Shown: positions 14,239 through 29,439 of the stretch, one piece after another
Numbering within the stretch: the first letter of the stretch is position 1
Layout: each line of letters opens with the position of its first letter
Assembly: GCF_009914755.1 (NCBI RefSeq)
Contig: NC_060934.1
Strand: one strand, 5' to 3'
Length of the DNA stretch: 64,000 nucleotides
Source of the DNA: the human T2T-CHM13v2.0 reference genome, Homo sapiens
The notes under the pieces: generated by a model
The model's database searches: none
What the model saw: the letters and a program-made list of their open reading frames with translations, nothing else
What the model was told of the DNA's origin: nothing
Translations under genes and position numbers: made by a program

Positions 14239-15117
14239 GGAGCCAAGTTACATTAAGGGGAGACATTTAGAGAGAAGGCCTTAGACTCCTTAGCTGTGCA
14301 ACTCCCTGGTTCCTATCCTCTCCATGAGATACTCTAGTATCCTTTCAAGAATTTTCACACCCCCATCTAGCTAAAGTTGGTCTATCCCTTGCAAATCAAA
14401 GAAACTTTAGTAGTTTGGGCAGGGAAAGAGGCCACCAGAAACTCTCGGGCCCCCTCCCAGCCGGGGTTTTATTAAGTCCTAAGTGTTCCAGAAGGTGGCC
14501 AGATGGGAGACCATGGTCCCTGGACCAACCCCTCCCATCTTGCATAGTCTGCCCCAAGCCTGGTTTAGGGGCTGCAGCCCTCTTGTGCGTCCCCTTCCTG
14601 GCCAACTCTGCTCTGAACTACAGCAGATGCTTGTAGGGAAGGCGGACAGGAAGTGCCTGAGGGAACCTCCTCCAACTGTGACCCCAGAAGCTACTGCACT
14701 AGTTTCATGTAAGGTTCTTCTCTCTGCTGTCAATAGCTTTTTCCATTTGGCTACCATTTGGTCTTTGTGTTAATGTCTTTGGTGTTTCAGTTTTATGTAA
14801 TGACAGACTATATTGTCTCTTTTTCTCTTTAATTTCTAAATATTAAAGATTGAATTACTGGATTTCTAAGCAGCAGCTAATGATCCATATCTCCAATATA
14901 AACAAATGGATTTACAGTTAATACTCAATTTGAATATTTTCTGGAGTCTTTTCTAAAACATTTTAACTTGATTTTAGGCATATAAATGTGCAGATTTTTA
15001 AAATTTTCTTTGAGGCCTCCCCTTTTTTTCCTGTTCTCCCCAGTTCCTCACATTATTCGGGAATGAGATTGATTGGACTGCCAGTCTTGTGTTTAGTTTT
15101 CCACTTGGGTGAATTTA

Positions 15118-15448
15118 TTTTTATTTTTCTATTTTATTATTATTATTATTGTTTTGAGACAGAGTTTCACTCTGTAGCCCAGACTGGAGTGCAGTGTCAC
15201 ATGATCTCAGCTCACTGCAACCTCTACCTCCCGGGTTCAAGCAATTCTCCCTGACTCAGCCTCCCAAGTAGCTGGGATTACAGGTGCCTGGGACCACACC
15301 CGGCTAATTATTGTAATTTTTTTTTTTTAGTAGAGATGGGGTTTCGTCATTGTTAGCCAGACTGGTCTTGAGCTCCTGACTTCAGGTAATCCACCGCCTT
15401 GGCCTCCCAAAGTGCTGGGATTACAGGGATGAGCCACCATGCCCGGCC
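15118..15448 (-). mobile_element. AluS (Sx-like) with (TTA)n-converted tail
   Basis: 13-bp TSD TTGGGTGAATTTA at 15105-15117 and 15449-15461. Confidence 0.95.
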
Positions 15449-15950
15449 TTGGGTGAATTTAGAAAACCTTCCAGTGATTTCATTAAAGTACATGTGAAAA
15501 AATTTTAAATGTACATGAAAACTTTTATCTTTACATGTATCAACCTTAGGAGTCTTTAGGGACAGGGACTTTTACAAGCTTCTAGGGTGATTCTAATGAG
15601 TCCTAAAGTTGGAGCCACTGCTTAATGGTTTGATAAATTCTCAACTAGCATATTTTTGTAATCACATATCTGTCCCTCATAACTGGCAATACACCTTTTC
15701 AAATAAACAAAGAGAGGGCCTGAAGTGCTTATTTTAAACAGCCAGGAAGTTGGGGATTTGCATTTACTTCCAGAGCTTAGCATGGGATGGAAAGAAGAAC
15801 CCCAAGAAGTAGAGTTGGGGAAGATAACTGTGAGAAGCTCAAAGCGATAACCCTAAGGGACTGAGGGAAGGAAGAAAGGCCCTCTGGAAGGTTTAGAAGA
15901 GATAAAAAGAGACAAGAAAGGAGGAGATGTAGGGTAGACTGCAGAGCCAC

Positions 15951-16311
15951 TGAATTAGTCTGTTCTCATGCTGCTAATAAAGACATACCTGAGACTGGAT
16001 AATTTACAAAAGAAAGAGGTTTAACTCACAGTTCCACATGGCTGGGGAGGTCTCACAATCATGGCAGAAGGCAAAGGAGGAGCAAAGGGAAACCTTACAT
16101 GGTGGCAGACAAGAGAGCAGGTGAAAGGGAACTCCCCTTTATAAAACCGTCAGCTCTCACGAGACTTATTTACTATCATGAGAACAGCATGGGAAAGGCC
16201 TGTCCCCTATGATTCAATTACCTCCCACTGGGTCCCTCCCATGACACAGGGGAATTATGGGAGCTACAAATCAAGATGAGATTTGGGTGGGGACACAGCC
16301 AAACTATATCA
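15951..16311 (-). mobile_element. THE1 (D-like) MaLR solo LTR
   Basis: tgaattagtctgttctcatgctgctaataaagac...aaactatatca; TSD gccac/gcaac with 1 mismatch. Confidence 0.92.
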
Positions 16312-16794
16312 GCAACAAATTATTGCCTCTGATGTCCTTCTTAGCCTCAGCCACAGTTTGGTGCCTGGGACCTTCCAGGTGAATAAGCGCTTGTGTTTGT
16401 TATCATGAGCCCCTGCACAGTGGTTATACTGTGTTCACTATAGAACTGTTGGTGGTGGTGGCTCCCACTCCAGAGCTTTGTCTCAAAGTTCCCGTGACAT
16501 ACAACTTACATGATTTTTCCAGTTATTTTCAGCAGATATTTTAATTTCTGATGCTTCATGCAAATTGATTGGCTAGGGCTCAGCCTTGTATTTTATAAAC
16601 TTCCAATACCATCCCTGCCCGCCATCTCCCTTGTCATGCGGCCAAGAATCACTGATTGCATATTCAAAACTGGAGCCCCAGGAGTTCCAGAGAGACAGAT
16701 CAATGCCAATGAATGAATGCCACACTCTCAGAGAACTGGAAACTTGGAAGCCTGTATAGCCAATATCTCAATTTATAAGTCAACAGGAAACCAA

Positions 16795-17215
16795 TTTTAT
16801 TTTTTGTATTATTAATTTACTTATCTTTTTTTATTAGAGAATCAATACACATTGATCATTAGAAATTGAAACCCAACGGAAGAGCATAAATAGTGGTAGT
16901 CTTCCATTCCCTAAATCCTCTTCTGTAGTCCAGCTCCTGCGACATGACACTGCTAGCAGTTTGGTGTGTATTCTTCCAGACCCTGAGACAGACACACACA
17001 CACAAACACACACACACACTTGTCCATAGCTTTGTTCTTTTCATTCTGGCAAAAAAGTGTGACAATGTAAGGTGTTCCCTTTGCCCTTAGCCATATACCA
17101 TCGACAGCTAACATTTTGGCTCTTGCTTTATCATTAATCTCTGAGCTGTAGTCTTGGTATGCCTTCATTAATTTAGCTATTCTCTATTGGTTGATATTTG
17201 GGTTGTCTCTACTTT
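16795..17215 (-). mobile_element. Old L1ME-like 3' fragment containing (CA)n at about 16990-17019
   Basis: T-rich start, cagtttggtgtgtattcttccagac, tattggttgatatttgggttgt. Confidence 0.55.
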
Positions 17216-18214
17216 TGTTATTTGATCATTTAATAAATATGTTTCAAGTGTTTATTGAATGGCAGCCTCTGTTCTAGACCAAGATTCTTGCACTCAGGGA
17301 GTTTGTGGCCATAGATACTCATGTACCCTCTCCTTAACCACCCAGGCAATGTTTTGGGGTACAGTGCTCAGAGTAGGTCCTGCCCAAATCCCGCATGTCT
17401 AACTTTAGATTGTGTCATTTAAAATTCTGTACTTTTTGTTTCTATGTAGAAAGATTAGTTTCCATTCCAGAGTCCTGTCTCCTGTGGACCAATGTGAAGG
17501 TAATTCTATTTTAATCAGAAAGGCTGAGAGAACAATTGAAGTCATAATGGAAGAGACCTTTTGTCAAGGAAACACTGATGGAGTTTCTCAGTTGTATTTT
17601 GTCTGCTTTCCTTTCTCAGCAGATGTAATTTAACCTGTTCAAATATCCATCATTCCAAGACACCCTCAGGCCCTGAAGTAGCTGGGGACTGACAGAGGTC
17701 TCCAATGAAACCTGATATCTTTCTAGAACTTCCAATGGAGGGGGAGTGTTTTAGAAACTGGGGGGTCATTTTCAGAGTTTCAGCACTGGCAGCTTCAGCT
17801 CACTTTGCCAGTCTTGTGATAAGCCTGCTCTTGGGAAAGGAATAGCAGATTTGGTGATAGAATCCTTTTGTGGTTTCTGATTCCCCCAAAATGGACGGAT
17901 AGACTACAGAACATTAATTTAAATCAGACCTATGATTTCAATAGAGTGTCTTTATTTTGCTAAGTGACCTCTGACTTCGTGTATTTTCAGCAGCTCTGTA
18001 AAGAGAGAAGAGTAATTGTTGCAATCAGCACCTGCCAGAAATGCAAAGAAACCAGACTTGGGTTAAAAAAACTAGGCAGGGAGTTCTCCATCAGCCTGGG
18101 TCTCAATTCTCTAATCCTTTTCTCTTAGGTGTTGCTGCTTGGGGTTGAGAGTGATACTGGCTATGGACAGAAGAGGGGCACGTTATATAGGGGAAGGGGA
18201 GTCAAATAAGGCAG

Positions 18215-18740
18215 AAGCTCCCAAGCCAGAGTCTTGAGTTCAAATACCTGGAAAGGCACTTACTAATGATGAACTGTAGGCATGTACTAACCTCCCCAGG
18301 CCTCAGTTTGCCCATCTGTAAAATGGGATGATAATACTGTGCACCACAGGGCTGTGAGGATTATCCAGATTTCCGGTCACACAGTTGACATTCAGATGTG
18401 AGCTCAGTCCCCCAGTTTTGCTGTAGCAGAACTGACTGGGGCAGAGGGTGGGGAAGTGGAGGCAACAGGGAGGTGATTTATCTGGTTTATAATCCACAAT
18501 GACTCACTCTGCTGGAGTCACACATACTGAGGTCTGGAGCTCTGGGCTACACAATTTCCTGCTGTGGACTTTGGCTGATACGCTGAACCTCTCTGAGCAA
18601 CCCATTCCTCAGTCAAAGGGACTCGCATCTGGAGAGTGTTTGTGAGAATTAAACAAGAGCATACCTAGAGGGTGTCCTGCACTGTGCATGGCATGCAGAG
18701 AGAGCTCAATAAACAGCACCCAGCACGCTCAGCATTGTTC
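18215..18740 (+). mobile_element. Two MIR elements
   Basis: cctcagtttgcccatctgtaaaatgggatgataatac; ctgaacctctctgagc...gtgagaattaaac. Confidence 0.7.
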
Positions 18741-19289
18741 TCACCATTATTGCTGCTACACCTCTTCATTTTATATCTGTCTGAATTGTTTGATTGGGCT
18801 TTAGTTGAATGGCTGCCTGCCCATTTGGCATAGCAAATGAAGGATAAACAGGGTTCGTTTCTATTTTGTTGACATCGTTTCTCTACCTTCAAACAGGTGC
18901 CTAGAGAGGCAGCCAAATCTGTTGGGTAATTTTCTCAGAAGAAGCACTACCTGTGTTGCAATGGAAATCATTATTCTTGGCAAACATCCTCTAATGTTCC
19001 AATGGATAAATCAGCATAAATAACCTCCCTGAACAGTTTTATATGAGGTACTTGGGGAACATTTTCAACTAGTGCCAACCATGGGGAGGCCCACACTGTT
19101 TGCTCACTCACTGTCCTGGTAGCTGCAGCGGTTGCCTTACTGAGATTATTTTATGACAAGCTGGGTGATCAGTGGCACTTCCTTTACACGTGTCCAAATA
19201 ACAAATCATCTCTCCCACCCTGCTGTGTAGTGCAAGATACCAGAATTTCAATCAAGTGGGCACACAGGCAACTACAAAGGCATGCACAT

Positions 19290-20210
19290 GTTCATTCATT
19301 CATCATTCATCACGTAGCAATTCAATAAGTGTTTGCTGTGCACCTAGTACATGCCAGGTACTGGTTAGGTCAGGAGAATGTGATAATGAGGAGAAAACAC
19401 AGTGCCTTCCCTATGGGGCCTACAGCATAGTAAGGGAGAAATATGCATCTGCATCAAATAATTGTACAGTGAACACTAAAGTGGAAGAAAGGAGAGGCAT
19501 ACAGTATCAGAGAGTGTGCAATGGGAGATCAGATTTAAGCAGAAGTGATAAGGAAGGCTTTCCAGGGAAGCAGTGCTTGAAGGGAATCTGAAGGCTGAGG
19601 TTGGCTTACTTGGTTCAAGGTGAGAGAAGAACATTCCAGAAAGATGGATCAGCAAGTTCAAAGGCCCTGAGGTGAGAAGGGGCACCCATGTACCAGGAAC
19701 TGAGCAAAGGCCAGTGTGGCAGTGAGTGAGGGGTGAACAAGTCAAGGTGGGTCTGAGAGGGCAGGGAGTATTGTACAGGCTATGCAGGGTCTGGTAGGCA
19801 TTGCCAGAAATTCCTGTTACACTTATTCCCATACCAAGGGGAAACTCTTACAGGGTTTCAAGAGCGAGTCCTTTAAGAACGAGTGTTTGTGAATCTGTGT
19901 TTTAAATGCAATTGATTTCCATTTTGCAAGGACCTCTCTGGCTACGGTGTAGGTGGGGCAGGAATGGAAATGGGAGAGCAGCAGGGAACCCGGGAGAGAT
20001 GGGGGAAATGGGATGGAGATGGTAGTGGGAATAATTGGATCTTTGGAAGCAATTCAAAAGATGACATTGACAAGATGTAGTTTTAGATTTAGAAAGGTAG
20101 TGGAGAGGTTCAGGGTACAGGATGACGCTTAAGTTCCTAACTTGATGCCAGGATGGACAGTGGGGTCATTTGCTGAGATAAGAAAACTGCACAAGAGCTG
20201 GTGGGCAGGG
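19290..20210 (-). mobile_element. L2 fragment
   Basis: ttcattcattc...caataagtgtttgctgtgcacctagtacatgccagg (antisense L2 3' end), caaaggccctgagg. Confidence 0.75.
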
Positions 20211-20629
20211 GAGATGGGTTGGAGGTAGGGCATGGAGAACCCTGAACCCTTCGTCACAGCACTCTCTGGGCCTTGCCTGTATGTGTCCTGTGGCCACTCC
20301 ACACAAAGGAAGAACCTGCTTCTGAACTTTGTGCCACCAGCACCTCTGGGAACAAGCTTTCAGATTTCTCCTCAATACCACTAAATTGTTGCATTTTTGG
20401 TACTTGTCAGGAAACTCAATTCAACCTCTGAAAGAAATGCAGTTTCATCGAGACCAAATCTAAGAGTCAAGTTCACTCTCCTTTCAGTAATAAATGACAA
20501 TACCAAGAGCCCCTGCTGTTGGAGGGCCACTGTGCTAGGTGTTTAACATTGGCAACCCTACCTAAGCTTGGTTCCAATTCTGACTACCAGCAAGCACTGT
20601 GCCTAGTTCTGGTTCAGTGGTCAAGGAAT

Positions 20630-21860
<1,231 letters not shown>

Positions 21861-21866
21861 GGCAGC

Positions 21867-22324
21867 TGTTATGGGTTGAATTGTGTCTCCCTGAAAATAT
21901 ATGGTGAAGTCCTAACCCCCGGTACCTGTGAATGTGACCTTATTTGGAAATAAATTCTTTGAAGATGTATTCAAGCCAAAATGAAGTCTTTGGGGTGGGC
22001 TCTAATCCAGTATGACCGGCGTCTTTAGAAAAAGAGAGAAATGTGGACACAGGTGCACACAGGGATAATGCAATGTGATGATAATGGAGGCAGAGATGGG
22101 AGCTATACAGCTGCAAGCCAAGGAATGCCCAGGCTTGCCTTGACACCAGAAGCCAGGAGAGAGGTTAGGAACAGATTCTCCCCTGAAGCCTTCCAGAGAA
22201 TATAGCTCTGCTGACACCTTGTTTTCAGGCTTCTGGCCTCCAGAACTATGAGATAATTCATTTTGGTTTTTGAGGCCACCTAGTTTTTGGTAATTTGTTA
22301 TAGCAGCCATAGGAAGCAAACACA
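21867..22324 (+). mobile_element. MLT1 (C-like) MaLR solo LTR
   Basis: tgttatgggttgaattgtgtc...aggaagcaaacaca; perfect TSD GCAGC at 21862-21866 and 22325-22329. Confidence 0.9.
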
Positions 22325-22839
22325 GCAGCTTTCAGTATTTCTTGGAAACCAGCTAGCACGGGACTCACATTTAGAGTATTAGCAGAGATGGTACTCTCCA
22401 ACCATAAGGAGAATTCAACACTCAAACTTTCTTGGTCAAAGGAAGCCGTGAGGACCTTCATCAGCCCAGGCAAGTCCTGACAAGCCATGCTGCTGCTGCT
22501 GGTGAAGCCGTGATCACCTGTTGCCTCAACAGACAAAACGGAGTTGCTCTTAGGAGAATGATTGGGCAGGAAGGAGCAGCCAGTCATGAGAGAGCCATAC
22601 TGCCCACCGAGACCCACTTCACAGCTGGGATGCCACCAATAATTGTAATGGAAAAGGCAACGTTATGATATACTCCAGATGCTTTTGAGAACTTTAGAGC
22701 CTGACAAACAAATTTGAGTAGGATTTACCATTTGTCTTGCATGGAGAGGATGCTGATGTGGTGAGAAGGAAGCTTCTTCTCCTATCTTTGGGTTAAGTGG
22801 CTGCCTCCTCTTGTCACTGACTGCAGTGACAGGTTAAAA

Positions 22840-24150
22840 ATGAAAGTAAGAAACTCACTCCATAATTAATGCAAATCAGAGCAACAAAGTAATGCCATTG
22901 TTCACCCATCAAGTTGGAAACAATTAAATTAACTGTTGTTGGGACAGGGTAGGGAGGTGGTATTTGGCAGTCAACCTCCTAATGTCAGTGGGAGTAGAAA
23001 TGTTTGTAACCACGTAGGAGGGTAATTTGGTCATGTCTGTCAAAATGTTTAATGCATAGACATGTAGGCAAAGGAGTTACCCTGCTAGGAATTTACCCTA
23101 TGTTTATATTTGCAAAACTTTGCTAATTTATATGTGTAAGGATACTCATTGCAGCACTGTTTACAATAGCAAAAATAAAAAAATTTAAAAACTGCAAACA
23201 AGCTAAACATTTTTAGTAGGAGAATAGAGAGTTTAGTTATGCACATCTATACAATGGATTACTAAAATTAATTGGGATATTTATTCTAAGATAATTATAT
23301 TACTGGTTGGAGTACAAATCAGTACAACTACTTTGGAAAAAAAATGCATACCATATAACCCAGCAGATCCACTGCTATGTGTAAACACCACAGATATGCA
23401 TATATATAATCACCAAAAGACATTATAAAAATGTTCCTAACTGCTGTAGAGTATTTATATTAGCCCGAACTGGAAACAATCCAAATATCCAAACATCATA
23501 GATTGGATCAATAAACTGTAGAATAAACATGCTGTTGGAATATCATACACCAATTAAAATGAATAAACTAACAACATAGATGAATTTCACAAACACAATG
23601 TTGAGTAAAAGAAGTTGGACATAAAAAAGATAATATAATACAGTTTGAGTATTCCAAATCTGAAAATTTGGAATGTGAAATGCTCCAAATCCAAAACTTG
23701 AGGACCAACATGATACTCAAAGGAAATGCTTATTGAAACATTTTGGATTTTGGATTTTTGGATTTGGGATGCTCAGACAGTAAGTATACTGCAGATGTTC
23801 CAAAATCTGAAAAAAAATTACAACATTTCTAGTTCCAAGTATTTTGGATAAAATATACTCAACCTGTAGGACATACTATAGCTTATGATTCCAGGTGTCT
23901 AAAGCTCAAAAGCAGGAGAAACTAAATGATAGTAATAGAAGCCGGAGTGAGGCGGACCTTTGTTGAGGGTAACTAATGACTAGGATAGGGCATGAGGGAG
24001 CCATCTGGGGTGCTGAGTAATATTTTATCTCTTGAAAAAGATGGTGATTATTTGAATGTATTCACTTTGAAAATTCATGAAGTTCTATACTGATGATTTT
24101 GGCACTTTATATATGTAGTGCTTCAATTTAAAAAGTTTATTTAAAAAATA
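22840..24150 (+). mobile_element. Old L1ME-like fragments (ORF2 end and 3' UTR) interrupted by a Tigger MITE
   Basis: cattgcagcactgtttacaatagcaaaa, catataacccagcag, aactggaaacaatccaaat, ctggggtgctg. Confidence 0.7.
23641..23866. mobile_element. Tigger4a/MER46A-like TcMar-Tigger MITE
   Basis: TIRs cagtttgagtat / atactcaacctg, each flanked by TA. Confidence 0.85.
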
Positions 24151-25170
24151 AATAGATAAAACTAAAAAACAAAAAGAACAATCTAATTCAAAAATGGGCA
24201 AAGAACTTGAGATATTTCTCCAAAGAAGATAAACAAATGGCTAATAGGCATGAAAAGATGTTTAACACCATTAGTCATTAGAGAAATACATATCAAAACC
24301 ACAGTGAAATGCAACTTCATACCCACTAGGATGGCTAATTTTTTCAAAAAGAAAATAACGAGCACTGGGTACAATATGGAGAAATTAGAACCCTTGTGCA
24401 TTGCTGGTGGGAATGTAAAATGGTGCAGTGGCTGTGGAAAATGATTTGGCAGTTAAAAAGTTAAACATAGAACTCCCATATGATCTAGCAATTCCGCTCC
24501 TAGCTTTATACCTAATATAATAAAATGCAGGGACTCAACAGATACTTGTACGGTAATAGCATTATTCACAGTCACCAAAAATTGGTGTTCATCAACAGAT
24601 AAATGCATGAACAAAATGTGCCATATCCATACAATGAAATATGATTCAGCCTTAAAAAAGAATGGAATTCTGAGCATGCTATGACATCGATGAACCTTGA
24701 AAACATTATGCTAAGTGAGATAAGCCAGGCACCAAAGGACACATATTTGATTCTGCTTATATGAAGTACCTGAAATAGGCAAATCCGTAGAGACAGAAAG
24801 TAGAAAGAAGTTCCCAGGGGCTAGTGGGAGGGGAAAATGGGGAGTTATTGCCCATTTATGCCTAGTGTTCCATTACTGGAACAGTAAGCCTGTAGGAATT
24901 ATTTATATCCTATTGCTCAAGGTCATTGCCAGGGTCTGATTTTTCACACATGTCTGCAATTCCAAAAATTGCAACCTCCAGCATAAATGGGTTAATAGGT
25001 ACAGAGTTTCTGTTTGGTATGATGAGAGAGTTCTGGAAATAGATAGTGGTGATGACTATATAACATTGTGAAAGTACCTAATGTCACCGAATTATACACT
25101 TAAAAAGAATTAAAATGATGTTTTATACATATTTTACCAGAATAAAAAGTAAAATGAAATATAAATTTAA
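24150..25170 (+). mobile_element. L1MB-like 3' portion interrupted by MER85
   Basis: ORF2 tail (MKRCLTPLVIREIHIKTTV); 3' UTR gaaccttgaaaacattatgctaagtga, gttctggaaatagatagtggtgatg. Confidence 0.85.
24851..24991. mobile_element. MER85 piggyBac-derived MITE (PGBD3 family)
   Basis: 141 bp; TIRs cccatttatgc / gcataaatggg; internal palindrome GTTCCATTACTGGAAC at 24867-24882; TTAA on the right side only. Confidence 0.9.
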
Positions 25171-25810
25171 AAAGAGATGTATGTGATGTGAAATGATTTT
25201 CAACACGTGTTAAAAGAAAAATCAAGAATAGTATACGCATATATAAAACATAACCCTAATTGAATATGTTAAAAGCATATGCAAATGTATGCAGTTACAC
25301 ACATTAATATTTTACTGAAAGGATGTGCAAGAAATATTGATAATGGTTATCTTTGCAAAGGACTCAAAGTGGAAGGGGAGAGAGAATGGTCCTTTCTCAC
25401 TTTAACCCTTTCCCTGTACAGTTTGAGATTTTCTTTTTCCCTCCTTATGCTTGCATTGCTTTTATTAAAATAATGATAATGTGGGAGAAGGGCCATAATG
25501 GAAGTTCCCTTGCACACATTTTTTTGCATTTGCAGGCAAGTCTCTGCAGAGTGGTCCTGAGCCTAGGGTGGGAAACAAGCCCAGCAGGAGGGGGACATGA
25601 TAAATAAGGCAGGGCAAGGCAGGTTAAATAATGAAGTTACATTCTGGAATGAGCAGAGCATTCCAGAATGCTGGGAACCAGGCTCCCGTTCATGGACGAC
25701 CCAGTCCATTTCATTTTTACAGGCCAAATTACTGAATTATTCTCCTTCATTTTATATAGTCATTTTAATAATAGATAAAATGGCACCATACATTTACTGA
25801 GTTACTTGCC

Positions 25811-25845
<35 letters not shown>

Positions 25846-25890
25846 GAGAGAGAGAGGAAGAGAGGGAGAGGGAGAGGGAGAGGGAAAGAG
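25811..25890 (+). repeat. (AG)n / (GAGAGG)n polypurine tract
   Basis: About 80 bp of uninterrupted purines. Confidence 0.95.
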
Positions 25891-26536
25891 AATAGTTCTG
25901 TCTTTGAATAATTGTCTGCTGTATATTTTATGCCTGCATATCACAGATGCTAGCAAAGTGGCTTCCTGGAGGAACCATTCCATGCTCCTAGATGTGTTTT
26001 GAACTTTGCAGAGACTCAGTGAAGCTGTTTGCATTAGAGTCATTGTGAGATACAGTCATCATTTCATCTAACCTGTGACAATGGAGCTGGGTCCTGAAGT
26101 CCCCTAACCGTTCTCTTGGTGAAAAACAAGAAATTCCTCAGCACAAGCTATTTGATTTATGGAGCTGTTTAAATACATCAAAATGCAATAGGAATACCTC
26201 CTACCTCATTTTCCTGGGAATTCCAGGAACATGGTTGTTATTTGTGTAGAAAAACGGTAGAACAGCTGTCCCCAGGAGCTGTCTGAGCATTTTGCACTGT
26301 CAGGTGTCCCCCAGACAGGTTAGACAGACACTACTTTAAATCACAGGATAGGGCATTGTTTAAATACCTGATTACTAAGAAGTTTCTAATTGATTCAAAA
26401 GTGTAACTTCCCTTTGGAGGAACACTGATAATTTTAAAAATTAAAGTGTTATTAGGTGGGGATAAAAATCAAGTTTTTCAACAGTAGACTTCAAAGCTGG
26501 GTTTGAAAAGGGAGGCAAAAACATTTTATTACTTAT

Positions 26537-26745
26537 TGCCCTGGGCTGAATGTTTGTACCAATTTCCAAATTCGTATGTTGAAGCCCTAATCCTCAATGC
26601 GACGGTATTTGGAGGTGGGGCCTTTGGGAAGTAATTAGGTCTATAGATGAAATTATGAGGGTGAAGCTACCATCATAGGATAGTGCCGTTATAAGAGAGG
26701 AAAAGAGACAAGAGTGTGCTCTTGCTCTTATGCTCTCTCTCTCCT

Positions 26746-26778
<33 letters not shown>

Positions 26779-26966
26779 GTGCCATGTGAGAACATAGCAA
26801 GAAGGTGGCCATCTGCAAACCAGAAAGAGAGCCCTCACCACATACTAATCTGTTGGTACCTTGACCTTGAACTATCCAGCCTCCAGAACTGTGGGAAACA
26901 AATGTTTGTGGTTTAAGCCACACAGTCTATGGAGTTTTGTCATAGCAGCCCAAACTGACTAAGACA
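26537..26966 (+). mobile_element. MLT1A-like MaLR solo LTR with internal (CT)n expansion
   Basis: gggctgaatgtttgt...ttcgtatgttgaagccctaatcc...gcagcccaaactgactaagaca. Confidence 0.85.
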
Positions 26967-28084
26967 TACAGAAACCTTCGTTATACTCATTCAATAAGCA
27001 TTTCAAAGCATAATTTTGGCTGTGTTTTATAACACAGTAAATCTATGGGATATGATGCTGTAGCTTCCCAGAACAATCTCACCATAAAGTTAGTTCTAGC
27101 AAGGTTCTGCTATAGTCTCCAGCCTTTGTTCTGTAAGATGCTTCCTTTAGAAATGGAACTGGCATCCACTGAAACTCCAGGGAGTGGCTAACGCTTAGAT
27201 GGGCGGGGGGGCTTTTTCTTAGGAAGGGTGTGCTGATTTGTTTTGTTTGAGGAATCATAAACTCAAGTAATGACGACTTCTCCAATTCTACTTGACAAGG
27301 AGGGTATCTAATCATCATTAATTCTGTTGGTGTATGCACTGTGGCACCAGCCCTGCCATAAGCATGTTTGGAATCAATCTAAATATAACGTGGCATCCTT
27401 TCTGTATCACTGGTTAATTTCCGCTCTCAAAACTAGGAGCTCCAGAGTGCACTTTCTATGCAAATGGGTAACACAAAGGGACGAGACTTGGCATCTGCAT
27501 TTGAGTAGGGGCTGGAAGATGCCACAAACCAAATTTCTATGATGCTCTGCAACTCAGAGGAAGCCTCATGTGCATCCTCCCATCCTTGTGAATGAAGGAT
27601 GAGATGAGAAGAAGGCACTTAGTACCTGGGGCTGATGAGAAGGCAGACAGGCCTTGCCTAGCTTCTTTTTGACAGAACTGTGCTATCCAGAGTTGATCTT
27701 ATGGGTGATGAGAATGACACAATGGGCCTATTAGCAAGTATAAATTAAACTAATGTGTTAATAACTGTCTGCCAGTCCTTTTAGTAAATTACACCAAGGC
27801 AAACATAGTGTATACTTTTTGTAGAACAATCTGGAAACAAATCATGCTTCATTTTCATGTGCAATTTCATCAACTGTGAGGTTTTTTCCCCACCTATGCA
27901 TCTGATAAGCTGTATTTGCATCATTTCCTTGGTTTTCTTAGCCTTGTTTTATTTTAAATTGAGCAATTTTTTTGCTCTGACTCAACATTTTCCCAATGAA
28001 GAAAGATGGAAGGGCTGACACTTTCAGGGATAGGCTCTCAGGCATCAAGAGGGGAACAAGTCCCTTAGTCCCCATCAGGCAGTT

Positions 28085-28810
28085 TTCTGGGATCAGCCTT
28101 CTTGATCTTACCCCAGTGCCTTTGCACATGCTGATCTCCTAAAAACCCCTGTCCTCACTCTGTATACTGAGGAATCCTGCTCTTCTTTAGATGTTTTCCC
28201 TATGAAGACTTCCCTGTCCTCCCCAGACATCTATTTATTCAGAAAACATTTGAAATTACACATAGGCAGTAACTGGGGCACTGGGAATACCATGGATAAC
28301 ATAGCAGATGTAATGCCTGCCCTCCTGAGGGTGTAAAGGAATAAGTAAATATATAAATACAAATGATTTAAAACAGCGGTAGTTAACATAATGCTAATCA
28401 GATGCTAAGCTGGAGAATGATGGAGGAATTCTAGATCAAAGGGGACCTCTTGGAGGAGGATACTTGTAATCTTATCCTTGGAAGATGAATAGGAGGCATT
28501 CATCCCTAGGGCAAGGGGAAGAGCATTTCAGACCCTGGGAAAGCAGAAGGAGAAAGCTCAAGGAGTTTAAGGAACTGAAGGAAGCCAATGGTATGAAAAA
28601 GAGCATGGATTAATAATTCTTGATTGTGCCCTCAAAACATTTGTGCATACTTCTAAGACAGGGTGAGTCATAGTTCTCTAAGTTGGGTGTTTGGCTGTCT
28701 CCTGTCTCTGTTTTCTATTCACCTTGCATCTCCAGCACTTGGTTGCTTCCAGGGCATGTAGTAGGTACACAGCACATATGTGTTGAATGGAGGAATCAAT
28801 GAGTCAATCA
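28085..28810. mobile_element. L2 fragments in both orientations
   Basis: gcctttgcacatgctg, atttattcagaaaacatttg, tagtaggtacacagcacatatgtgttgaatgg. Confidence 0.55.
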
Positions 28811-28832
28811 TCTTTGTGCTGGATCCTCCTTA

Positions 28833-29382
<550 letters not shown>

Positions 29383-29439
29383 TTAACACCACAGATGAAT
29401 TCCAGAGATAGCAATATGGTAATGTAGCTATTTCAGGCT

